DNA from: a virus
Lineage: Duplodnaviria; Caudoviricetes
Virus record (IMG/VR): IMGVR_UViG_3300049228_000061
Coordinates: 2,172 to 66,171 of that record
DNA: 64,000 nucleotides
Direction: 5' to 3' (one strand)
Below are positions 17,060 to 28,400 of this stretch, piece after piece. Position 1 is the stretch's first letter, and each line of letters starts with the position of its first letter. Made by a program: the position numbers and the translations under genes. The notes below the pieces were generated by a model that was given only the letters and a program-made list of their open reading frames with translations, did no database searches and was not told the origin of the DNA.

Positions 17060-17583
17060 AACGATTTTTGATCACCGGCCTTCCCCGCATCCGCTCTGCC
17101 TGGCTGGCGGCCTTGTTCAGTGGCGATAAGGTGCAGTGTTTTCATGATGCGATTCACCATGGTGGGGTTGACCGAATGCTGGAGACGATTGAACAATCGA
17201 CGGCCCCGGTTGTGGGGCTGATTGACCCCGGTGCGGCCAGCGTCTACCCGCGTGATGCGCTGGCGGTTTTCGGCAGCAGCACGATCATTATGGTGTTTCG
17301 CAATGAGGAAGAAAGCCGTGCTGGGCTGGCGCGGTGGTTTGGCAAAGATCTGACGCACTGGGATGATTTGGTGAAAAACCATGGTTGGTTTATGACGCAG
17401 GCCACCAAGCAGTTTTACGCCATCGACTATGTCAGCCTGGACGATTATGCTGCGGTAGCAGAGGTGTACCGTATTTGCACTGGCATGACGCTGGACAAGC
17501 ATCGCTTCGACCTGTTCAATACCCTCAAGATTGAGCAGCATTATGGCAAGGCCGCACAGGCGGCGGCAGCGCTTCTGAATTGA
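17056..17583 (+). CDS. P-loop sulfotransferase-fold-like protein
   Basis: FLITGLPRIRSAWL resembles the 5'-PSB loop and IIMVFRNEEES resembles the 3'-PB motif; the CDS is solid, the fold call is tentative. Confidence 0.5.
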   Translation: MKRFLITGLPRIRSAWLAALFSGDKVQCFHDAIHHGGVDRMLETIEQSTAPVVGLIDPGAASVYPRDALAVFGSSTIIMVFRNEEESRAGLARWFGKDLTHWDDLVKNHGWFMTQATKQFYAIDYVSLDDYAAVAEVYRICTGMTLDKHRFDLFNTLKIEQHYGKAAQAAAALLN

Positions 17584-17595
17584 CGGGAGACGAGC

Positions 17596-18297
17596 ATGGG
17601 CTGGATTACGGCGATTGTGGCAATTGGGGGGGCGGTTGCTAATAAGCAAAAGCAAAACTCTGCCAATAAAAAAGCAACGCTGATTGCCAATAAGCAGCAG
17701 CAAATCGGCGACGATCAATACAACCAGTACTCCTCAATTGTTGCGCCGCGATACAAGCAACTGGTGGCCGAGGCCTTCGACCAATCGAAAACGCCCACTG
17801 CCGAAGCGGCACGCGCAGGCGCTCAAGCCACTGCCACCGCCGATAATGCCGAGCAAATCACTCTGCGCAACGCCCGCAAGGCAGGAATCAATACCAGTTC
17901 TCCGGCCTTCGCGGGCATTAACCGTGAAAACCAAGCAGCGCGGATGGGGTTGATTTCGGGCGCAAAGACCTATGCTCGCCGAACCGCCGCTGAGACAAAC
18001 TTGGCCAACCAGTCCGCACTGGTTAATCAAGGTCAGGGCATGTTGACGAATGCCGTGGCGGCCAACAATTCTGCGTACAACATGCAGAGCGAGTTGGCTG
18101 CCCAGAAGTCATCTCAAGATATAGCCCAGGGTCAGCTGTACGGCCAGGCTGCCGGGTATCTGGGCGGCGCCTTGAAAGGCTACCTCACAAAAACACCCGC
18201 AACGACAGGGAATGCGGGTACGTGGGGGTCGAATACTGGCGGCGTCACTGATTCGCTGGGCGGTAGCCTGACCAAGAAATACAAGTTTGGAACATAA
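17596..18297 (+). CDS. DNA ejection / pilot protein 1
   Basis: N-terminal hydrophobic MGWITAIVAIGGAVA, Ala/Gln-rich; first of three successively larger ORFs. Confidence 0.7.
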   Translation: MGWITAIVAIGGAVANKQKQNSANKKATLIANKQQQIGDDQYNQYSSIVAPRYKQLVAEAFDQSKTPTAEAARAGAQATATADNAEQITLRNARKAGINTSSPAFAGINRENQAARMGLISGAKTYARRTAAETNLANQSALVNQGQGMLTNAVAANNSAYNMQSELAAQKSSQDIAQGQLYGQAAGYLGGALKGYLTKTPATTGNAGTWGSNTGGVTDSLGGSLTKKYKFGT

Positions 18298-18299
18298 CC

Positions 18300-19421
18300 A
18301 TGCCCTCCATCGAAAAAGTTACTGGGTTTATGTCTGGGTTCAAGGGAGCCCTGGCAGACGTGCAGCAGCGCAAACTGGCTGACGGACAAGCACAGCTGCA
18401 GAAATCCGAACTGGCCTATGCCCAGCAGCGCCGCAGCATTCAGGATCAGCGCGCCGATACGGAATGGCAGCAGGGCCAAGATGACCGGGCAGCAAAGCAA
18501 TCTGAGCTGCAAAAGGCACAGCAGGACAAGGCAACCGCACTGCAAAAGCAAGCCCAGAAGGAAGGGATTGGCCAGATGTTTGATTACATTGATGCGGGCG
18601 GTGACCCTACGGCGGCAGGTGATAAATTCAGCAGCATCGGGACATTGAAACTGAAACTGAGCCAAAACGAGGATGGGACGCTTACTGCGACTGGCCCAGA
18701 GGGTGGCAGCCATACCGGAACATCGGAGCAACTGCGTATCCTGTTTGGCGTGCCGCGCCAGAAGATAGAGGGCGTTGAACTGAATGAAGGCGCGCGGTAT
18801 GTGAACAAGCAAACCGGTGAAGAAATCGCCAACAACCCAAAGCCGTCAACGCTTACCCAGATCAATCCTGAAAACGACCTGTACGAAACAGTGAACGGCG
18901 TTCGCAAGCTGGTTAAGAAAGGCGTGCCGAAGGCTGGCGAAGGGGTGGGGGCTGGTGGTCAGAAGGTGAGCACCTACAACCCGCAGTCACACCAAGAGCA
19001 GGCCATGAAGGCCGCCCACGATCTGTACAAAAAGAAGCAGGACGAGCTGGGCAATTTCGAATTTGTGAATCCGGAAGACTCTGAGCGTCAGGGCTATGCA
19101 GATGATCTGGTGACGAGTTGGATGTCGCAGAAGGGCGCTGAGGGTCAGGCATATGGTGCTGGCGAGCTGGGTAATCTGGCCTTCAAGGCGTCCAAGGCAC
19201 ACATGACTGCGAAAGAGGCGGGCGAGGCAGCAGTGAAAGCTGGGAATGCCGCTGGCTCACCGGGTTACAACCGCGAGGTTGCACGGTTGATCCGTGATAG
19301 TGACGTGAAAGCCGCCCAGGTCTGGAATGATGGTATTGATGCCATCGAGGCCAAACGCGAGGCGAAAGAAAAGGCAGCCAATGGCGGCAAGCGACCCCTC
19401 AAAGACATTCTTGGCGAGTAA
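18300..19421 (+). CDS. DNA ejection protein 2
   Basis: Gln/Ala-rich coiled coil; position. Confidence 0.65.
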   Translation: MPSIEKVTGFMSGFKGALADVQQRKLADGQAQLQKSELAYAQQRRSIQDQRADTEWQQGQDDRAAKQSELQKAQQDKATALQKQAQKEGIGQMFDYIDAGGDPTAAGDKFSSIGTLKLKLSQNEDGTLTATGPEGGSHTGTSEQLRILFGVPRQKIEGVELNEGARYVNKQTGEEIANNPKPSTLTQINPENDLYETVNGVRKLVKKGVPKAGEGVGAGGQKVSTYNPQSHQEQAMKAAHDLYKKKQDELGNFEFVNPEDSERQGYADDLVTSWMSQKGAEGQAYGAGELGNLAFKASKAHMTAKEAGEAAVKAGNAAGSPGYNREVARLIRDSDVKAAQVWNDGIDAIEAKREAKEKAANGGKRPLKDILGE

Positions 19422-19423
19422 CC

Positions 19424-22400
19424 ATGGCACTGAACATCGAGGCTGCCCGCAAAGAAGGTTACTCGGACGCGGAGATTGTTGATTACCTGGGTACCCAGCG
19501 TAAGCTAGACATTCGTGCTGCCCGCAAAGAAGGTTACAAAGACAGCGAGATTCTGCAACATCTTGCGTCATCGAATTCATCACCCACCGCACCGCAGGGA
19601 GCCTCGGGCCAAGCGCCAGGGATGGCAAGCGATGGGTTGAAGCGCGCGACGGGTGATTTAGCCACTGGCCGTCCCGAGCTTGACATTCAGGTTGATGATC
19701 CCATCGCACCGGTTGTGACGCCGGAGCCGTCATTCTTGGATCAAGCAAAGCAGGCATGGAATATCGCCATGAATCAGCTGGGCGGACAGACCCTGGAGCA
19801 AGTCCAGATGTCTCACCAGCCGAAGCCTACTTCGGTTCTGGATACAACTTCAGCGGAGGCGCCGGCTTTTGAGAACCCCGCTTCTGTCAGGATTCCGATC
19901 AACAAGAAGTACCGCCAGCAGTTTGAGGAACACTGGGATTCGCTATCAGAGGGCGAGCGGGCACTGATGTCGCGCCAGCCCGGCGTGGCCGGCATGCTGG
20001 CCAAGGAGCGACTCGAGCTATTTGCGAACCAAGACCAAACAGCGCCAGATGCCGCAGACGATCTGGACACCAGGGCAGAGAAGCGCGCCAGCCGACTGGT
20101 AGAGCAAGGCATCGCGCCTGATGTGGCTGCGCTGGCCGCGCGCATGGGCGCCAAGTATGGGGCGCTGCCCGGTACTGAAATGGGTCTGCTTGGCGTGACC
20201 GGCGAAGCCAGCGAATCAGACTTCGATTTCGAGACCGCCGAAGCATTCAACCGCGATGTTGGGTCACAAAATGTTCTCAAGCGTGGCGCTGCCAAGGGCG
20301 CCCTGGGTCTCGGCAAGGCTGTCACCGGCATGGGCGAGTTCATCGCTGATGTGATTGGCACCGAAAGGGTTGGTGAGGCAATTGGTCGAGGCAGCAAGGC
20401 CATCCGTCGCCAAGAGGAAGCAATTGGCGCCAGCCGCGGTGATCTGATGGCGCGCGCCGTTGAGGGCGCTGTGGCCTCTATCGGGCAGCAACTGCCATTC
20501 ATGATGGCTGGCGCCGCAACCGGCGGGGCGGGAATTCCGCTGGCGGCGATTGCCGTCACCTCCTTCGGTAACGAGTACAGCGATGGGCGCAGCCAAGGCC
20601 AGTCGATGGAGCAAGCGCTGGCGCGCGCCTCCATGTATTCAGCATTTGAGGTCATCGGCGAACGGTTTGGATTGGGCGAGCAAATGGAAATGGTGCGTCG
20701 TGCGATGCGCGTCAAGGGCAAGATCCCAGATCAGCGAACGGCTGCTGGGCTGCTGTGGGATATGTTGGTCAAGCAGGTTCCGGGCGAGGTGTTGACCACA
20801 ACTGGCCAATTTTCCACCGACAAGTTCACCGGTGGCGGTGTTGGGCTGTCGCCTGACGCGACCTTTGATGACTACTTCGATCAGGTTGTCGAGACAATCG
20901 CTACCACCATGGTGCAGTCCGTCATGATGGGCGGCGGCACCATGATTCTGTCTGGCAACAAGCCTCCGGCCGACTCACAGCCGCCCAGCACGCCGGGAAT
21001 ACCTGAATCGCAGGCATTCGCAACCGAACCCGAAATTCAGCCGGGAGTGTCAACCAATGCTCAACCTACGCCCCCACCAGCCCCTGCCGCACCTCAAGAA
21101 GCGGCTCCCGCCCTGGCGGGCGAAGCTGCTGGCCCATCCGCCAGCCCTGATACCGCAAGTACGCCCGTTACCATTGACCGTCGGGCTTTGGCTGATGCTT
21201 TCACCATTGACGACGAGGGAACCATCGATGCTGCCCAAGCCACTACCGCTGTACGTGCCCAAGTGGAGTCCGCTTTGGCCGCCGGAACCACGGTCACCCA
21301 AGGACGAGGAAAAAACCGCGTTGCTGTTTCGTCAGCTGATGAAGTCGATGTGCCAGCAATCCTTGCAGGCAAGTCCCGTCTCCAAATTGGTGGACAGCCT
21401 TTACCAGCAACACAGCAAACGAAAGGGGGTGAAATCAATGTCAGCAATCAACAAACGACGAGCCAAGATGATGTGGGACTTGGCAGCGAAGCCAGTGGCC
21501 AAGAGCAAGAAACCCCGCCCGCCGGGCAAGCCGAGCAAGCGGATGCCGTACTAGCCCCCGAGCCGACGCTGGCTGAGAAGGCCAAAGCGCCGGTAGTGAT
21601 CGCACCCAGCGAGGAAGGGCTCACGGTTTCTGTGGACGGGAAACCGCAAGCAACCTACCCGACCAATGAGCTGCCTGAGCCGCTGGTTGCCGCCGAAACA
21701 CCGCCAGATGCTGCACCGAAAAAGCGGTCGATTATCAAGGCTGAGAATGAAGCGCCGAAGCCGGGAAAGGTTGGCGCAATGCTGGGCGCTGGCGAGACAG
21801 TGTTGACGACTACTGGCCGTGAGACATCTCCATTTCCAAAGATCGACATAACCACGAACGGCAAGGCCGGAAATACGGTTAAGCGAGTCGAAAAGTGGCT
21901 GATGGAGAATGCGCTGGCGGAGGCGGAGTCACGCGGCGATGAATTCAATGCGCGGCAGTTCCGCGCAAACTTGAGTAAACCATCGCAGGCAGATAAGGAC
22001 TCTGCTGAGTATTACTTGTTCGATCAGGGCTTCGTTCAGCCGGCACGCAAGTCGGCATTGAAGCCGCTGGTTGAAACACAGCCAGAGACTCCACCCAAGA
22101 AGTCCATCGTCAAGGCTGAGAACGAGAAGCCGACATTGCGGCGCGGCGACTCGGTTTCCTTTCCTATCGATGCTGACGGAAACAGAAACATAGGTGAAAT
22201 CACTTCAATCTTTGGCAACAAGCTCACCGTTACTACTGACGATGGCGCGAGAGTAACTATATCGGCGCGCGGTGCTGAATATGTGAGTAAGGACGCGCCA
22301 GCCACGCCGCAGCCGACGCGAAACATTTCCGGGCCAGAATCCCGTTTGACGAAATCGGCCGTAGATGTTGATCCATTCGCTCCGCCATCGCTTGAGCAGC

Positions 22401-25400
22401 GCTTGCAATCAGATGCCGAGCTGCGCGGCCATCTGGAACGCATGGCATCGGAAGCAGGCTGGGAGGAAGAAGGCGGCAAGCTGATCCGCGCCACCGAGGA
22501 TGAAACCAGCCCTGACTATGGCAAGGTGGTTGGTCGTACCAAGTGGCTGCCGAAGGCATTGTGGTGGGCCGCACGCCCCACTGGCTTCAACGAAAAGCGC
22601 ACCAAGGAAACGATTCGCAAAGCGCTGGCTGGTGAGCCATTGAGCAAACCTGAGCGCCGCATGGTCGAATTTTTGCGCGACGTAGCGGACGGCAAGGTGG
22701 AGGATTTCTTGCCCACCAGGGAAGAAGCGCAGAGCAGCAAACCAGAGGATGTGCTGGATGTGGCACTGGTAGCGCGTATGATCGAGCGTGCCAACGAGAT
22801 AGACGAAGCCGCTGTGGAGCGGCTGGCGATTCAACACGGCGATGACGATGATGGCTTTATGACCGCCATCAAGGAGCTGGTCCATGACACTGACACCCAA
22901 ACAACTGCTGGAAGCGGCGCGCAAAGTGGTCCAGCGCCGAGCGAAAGCCAAGCAGGCAAAACCGAAGCCAAAAAGCCCGTAGGGGATTTGTTCGGCGATG
23001 ATGTTGCCGCCAAGCAGGCCGTCGCAGATGAGGCGCGTAAGCGAGATGCGAAGCGCAACAGCGGCCAAGATTCGCTGGAGACCGGCGACCCATCGGATAT
23101 GTTCAGTCAGGCGAAGAACCAGACTGATTTGATGGATACTCCCGCGCCAAAGAAGGCGCAGGAGGTCAGCAAGAATAAGCTGGTTAGTGATGATGCTGCC
23201 GCCGTTGCGCGCGCCAAAGACAAGACACCAGAGCAGTTTGCCAACTGGGTGCGCGGCCGATACGGCAAACCCAAGGCGAAAGAGCTGACCGAAAGCGGGC
23301 AGGTGGATCGCTGGTATGCGGAGGCGAACCCAGCCAAAGCAGAACCTGTTGTGGAGCCGGAAGCGCCGAAGCCTGTCGAACAAAAGCCTGCGACGCCTGC
23401 CCCAGCAAAGCCGACCGCCAATATCCAGGATTTCGGCCAGAGGATAGAAGGGGCCAGAAAAGACTACGCCGCCAAACTGCGTGATGCGCAAACCGCCGAC
23501 ATCGCCAAGGTGCCGCTGTCTGAATCATGGCCGGAGCCGGATTACGCCAAGCTGCTGGAGGGTGGTGCCGACTCGTGGGCCGTTGGTTTTATGCATGCTG
23601 CGCGCGATGATATTCCCACCAAGCCGCAGAAATCATGGAAGCTGGGGCGGTGGGTTTCACAGGTAACCGGCCTACGTGACATGGTTCAGAAGGTGATGGA
23701 CGGAGCCTATGATCGAGACATGATAGAGGGAAGGGAATCGCTCAAGTCTGTCTATGATCGCATTGAGCTGTATCAAACCGTCGGCCACGACAAGAGCCTG
23801 AAGGGCGTTCGCGTAGTCAGCGGTCATTACAGCGTGTTCAAGGGCATTGAATATAAGCCGTCCAAGACCATCTGGTCGGTTGAAAGCAATGGCAAGCAAA
23901 GCGCTTTGTCGAACTGGCCCAACATGCTTGGACATGGCGACACGCGCGCCGAAGCGATTGCTGCGTTCAAGAAGACTTGGGATGCCACCACACCTGAACA
24001 AGATGCCAAGAAGGCCATCAAGTTTGAACTGTATGGCCGTCGTGCCGACAAGACTTACTTCATTGGCAAGAAAGTCGGCCGGAACGTTGTCGAGTTGAAA
24101 GACGGCTTCACGGATGTCAAAACGGCCAGGGCATACTTGCTGGAGCATCACGACGAGCTGGTCACGCTGTTGGCCAAGAAGAAAGAATTGCCCAGTGAGC
24201 GCCGTGAGGAAAACGCGCCGCGCATTGGCATTGACCATCGCAATGGTGCGGATGTCACGCCAGAGCAGTTCCAAGAAGCCTTTGGGTTCCGTGGAGTTCA
24301 ATTCGGCACGCAGATGGAAGGCGCGCGGCGTCAAGCCGATTTGAATGATTCGTATGATGCGCTGATGGACTTGGCTGGGGTGCTGGGCGTGCCACCCAAA
24401 GCGCTCTCGCTTAACGGCGAACTGGGCTTGGCATTCGGTGCGCGCGGTCACGGTGGCAAGCTGGCACCGAAGGCGCATTACGAACGCGGCGAAGTCGTGA
24501 TCAACCTAACCAAGCGAACAGGTGCAGGCAGTCTGGCGCATGAATGGCTGCATGGCCTGGATAACTACTTCTCGCGACGCGGCGGTAACAAAGCTGGATT
24601 TATTTCGCTGATCCAGAAAGCACCGGAAGGTGTGCGACCAGAATTGTTTGAAGCGTTCAAGAATGTGATTCGTGCGATCAACAGTACTGAGTTGCCGAAG
24701 CGCTCCGGCAAGCTGGATCAGACGCGCAGCAAGCCGTACTGGGTGACCACCGAAGAAATGGTGGCGCGATCCTTCGAGTCTTACATCATTGCCAAACTGC
24801 AAGATCAAGGTGCGTCTAACGATTACCTCGCCAACATTGTGTCGCCCGCGTATTGGGATGCGGCGACCGGATTAGGTATGCAGAAGGATGGCACCTACCC
24901 CTATCCGCTTGAATCTGAGATGCCGATTGTCCGCGCGGCGTTCGATCACTTTTTTGACGTGATTGAGTCGAAGCCTACCGATGCGGGCGTGGCGCTGTAT
25001 CAGCGTGGTGATGCCACCCCCGGCAAGCTGCCGGAGAGGCAGGTTACCGCAGCCATTAACGAAGTCCTGCGCCCATTCCACCGGCGTCCTGTGTTGATCG
25101 TTCGGCAGACCTACGCTCAACTGCCGTCTGATGTGCGCGCGGCCATTGAGCGTCGTGGTGATAAGCCGGGCGACATGCGCGCCATCTACTGGAACGGAAA
25201 GTTCTATGCCGTGGCCGATGATATCCCCTCAATGGAAGCAATCCCTGAGCTGGTGCTGCATGAGGTCGTCGGTCACTTTGGCTTGGATGCCATGCTGACC
25301 GAAGCCGATAAGCAGGCGATTCTGGATGGTTTTTACGACTCCATGACAGACGCCGTGAACGAGCGAGGCGTTCAGGAATTTGGAGCAAAGTGGGATGTTG

Positions 25401-28400
25401 GAAACATCAAAACACGTCGTCTTGCGACAGAAGAAGTGCTGGCTTATCACTTTCAAGACTACCTGAAGGATCGACAGAGCGTGCCGGAGCCAGCGAAGAC
25501 ATGGATGGAGCGACTGAAGGCAAAAATTTCCGCGTTCATCAAAAAAATGTTGAGACTGGCCCCGGTTTACAAACTGCCCAAGCAATACGACCAGACGTTC
25601 ATGAATCGGCTTGCAGATGACCTGTTGCGATCCCTGAAGTCTAACAAGCCACTATCGGGCGATGGCAAGACCAAGGCTGAGGCGGCACGCGATGCCCGCT
25701 ATACCGAGAAGGCTGGCATCTTCTATTCGCATCTGACGCGCTCCGCGCAGTTGGCCAAGATCAGCGTCGGGCGGGGCGAGCAGTGGCTGAACACGCTGCG
25801 CAACATGCCGGGTGTCAAAGCAGAGGAAATTGAAGCCGTAGACCTTGAGCAGTTTCTGGGTGATCGCATCAAGATCAGCAAGCAGGAGGTGGTGGATTAC
25901 CTGGGCTCGAATGGGGTGCAGGTTACGGAGACGGTTCTTGGTGGCGACGGAAAAGTAAAATTCATGGATTCGTTGAGCGCAGCAGAGAGCCAGCGCTTCA
26001 ATGAGCTTCTGAATATCCCGGGCGGCGAATGGAACGGTAACGGCTACTCAGGTGGACGACCACTTACAGCAGAAGAGCAAAGCGAACTATCCGACCTTCA
26101 GGAAACGCACCTTCATGATCGTGTAACAACCGATGCAGCGAGACGCGATGCAGAGAAATCGGCAACCAAGTTCTCCAAATACGCCCTACCCGGTGGCTCC
26201 AACTATCGCGAGCTGCTGCTGACGCTGCCATCTGATACGAAAGCAGAAGATAGTGGTGGTGCGTATTACCGTGAAACGACCGGAGACTTTCGCTCATCCC
26301 ACTGGGATCAACCCAACGTCATCGCCCACATTCGCTTCGATGAACGTGCTGATGCCGATGGCAAGCGCGTGATGCACATCGCTGAGGTACAGAGTGATTG
26401 GCATCAGGCGGGGCGGAAGAAAGGTTATCGGTCTCCTAAAAAAGAAACATCAGTTGCAGATGTAAAATTGGTCAAAGAAGATCAATGGAACTGGTGGCTG
26501 GCAGATGCTAATGGAGATGAGCACAAGGTTAGCAAAGCGGATTACGAACGAACCGGGATAGATAAAGCAAAGCAGGACATTGCTTTCTGGGAAACACGGA
26601 AACTTGCTGACCAGAACTTGCTGGCAGTTCCAAACGCCCCCTTCAAAACCACATGGCCAGAACTCGCGATGAAGCGTGCTATTCGCTACGCCGCTGAGAA
26701 TGGTTTCGACAGGATAACTTGGGACACCGGTGCCACCAATGCGGAGCGGTATGACCTGAGCAAAACACTATCGTCTGTTGCATTGAGCGGCAGCAATTTC
26801 AAGGCGTTCGATCTTGACGGTGAAGAGGTCATGTCACGTACCGGCGTGCGCCCGGAAGATTTGCCAGATTTGATTGGTAAGGACGCTGCCGAGAAGTTAA
26901 TGGCCAAAAAGCCAAATGGAACTCTACGTGTGCTTGAAGGACTAGACCTCAAAGTAGGCGGCGAAGGCATGATTGGCTTCTACGACCGCATCCTGCCCGC
27001 AACGGTCGGCAAGCTGATCAAAAAGTGGGGCGGGAAAATCCTTTCCGTAAGACTGCCAGGATCAGCAACTTATGAACAGCTGAAAGCAGCCGGCACATCA
27101 ACCGGATTGACGCAGGCGCAACTTGATCAAATGCCAGTCGCGGAACGTAAGGCGCTAGTTGATTCAAAATTGCCATTATCCCATGGCTTCAACATCACCG
27201 ACGCCATGCGCCAGTCCGCGATGCAGGGACTGCCACTATTCCAGCGCAATTTGCCAACAGCGAATAAATCCACCCCCACTGCTGGAAAATCAGCCGACCC
27301 AGCCGATGCGCAATGGCAGTACCCGCAAGTAACCAAGCTGGGCGACGGCCGGCTGATCCGGGTGATCAACGGCATTCATAGCCGTGTCGATCAATTCCTG
27401 TATGACCGAGTTGACTACTACTTGGATACTCGCCGAGTGGTGAAAGCAATCGCGCAAAAGCAGGGAGTGGAAACACTGCCTGACAATGTTGATCCGATGC
27501 TGGGCTTGGAGCTGATGCCGCGCCGCATCTCTGATCGTGTCGATACGATGATGAAGGATGAATTCCTGCCGATCTTGGAAAAGATGCACGCGCTCGGCCT
27601 AGATATCAAACGCGTGGAGGATCACTTGCAGTTCCGGCATGCGCGCGAACGCAACGAGACCATAGCGCAGCGCAACCTGAATAATCCTGCCATGCAGGAC
27701 GGTGGCAGCGGCAAGTTTGAGCGAGAGATCGCTGATTACTTCGCAGCACTTGACCCGAAGGACAAAGCCAAGCTGGATGAAGTGGCTGCCATGGTGAAGG
27801 AATACATCAAAGGCACTCGGCAGACACTGGTTGGATATGGCTTGGAAAGCCAGGTCACCATGGATCTGCGCGCCGCAGCGTGGCCGGACTACGTGCCATT
27901 GCAACGAGCTGATTACGAGAACGACGCGGTGTACGGCATTGGCCAAGGCATCAGCGTCAAGGGCTCGGACTCCAAGGCAGCGCTGGGTTCGCACAAAGAG
28001 GTGGTCAACATCCTGTCCAATATCACCAAGCAGCGCGAGCAAGCGATTATTCGTGGCGAGAAAGAGCGCGTGGCCGTGGCGTTGTATGGGTTGGCGGAGA
28101 TGAATCCTAATCCAGATTTTTGGAGCACGACAAACTTGCCGAAAATTCGCCATCTGGATAAGCAGACTGGCCAGGTCGTCAGTCAGACCGACCCGAAGTG
28201 GAAATCACGCGACAATGTGATCGTGGTCAAGAGGCCGAATCGCGCCGGCCGCATCGTCGAGCGCGCCATCGTGTTCAGCGAGCGCAATCCCATGGCAAAG
28301 CGCATGGTGACGGCGCTGAAGGGCTTGGACTTGCCGGAGATGGACAAAAAGACGCGCCTGTTCGGCGCGTATTCGCGGTTCATTTCCGCGATCAACACGC

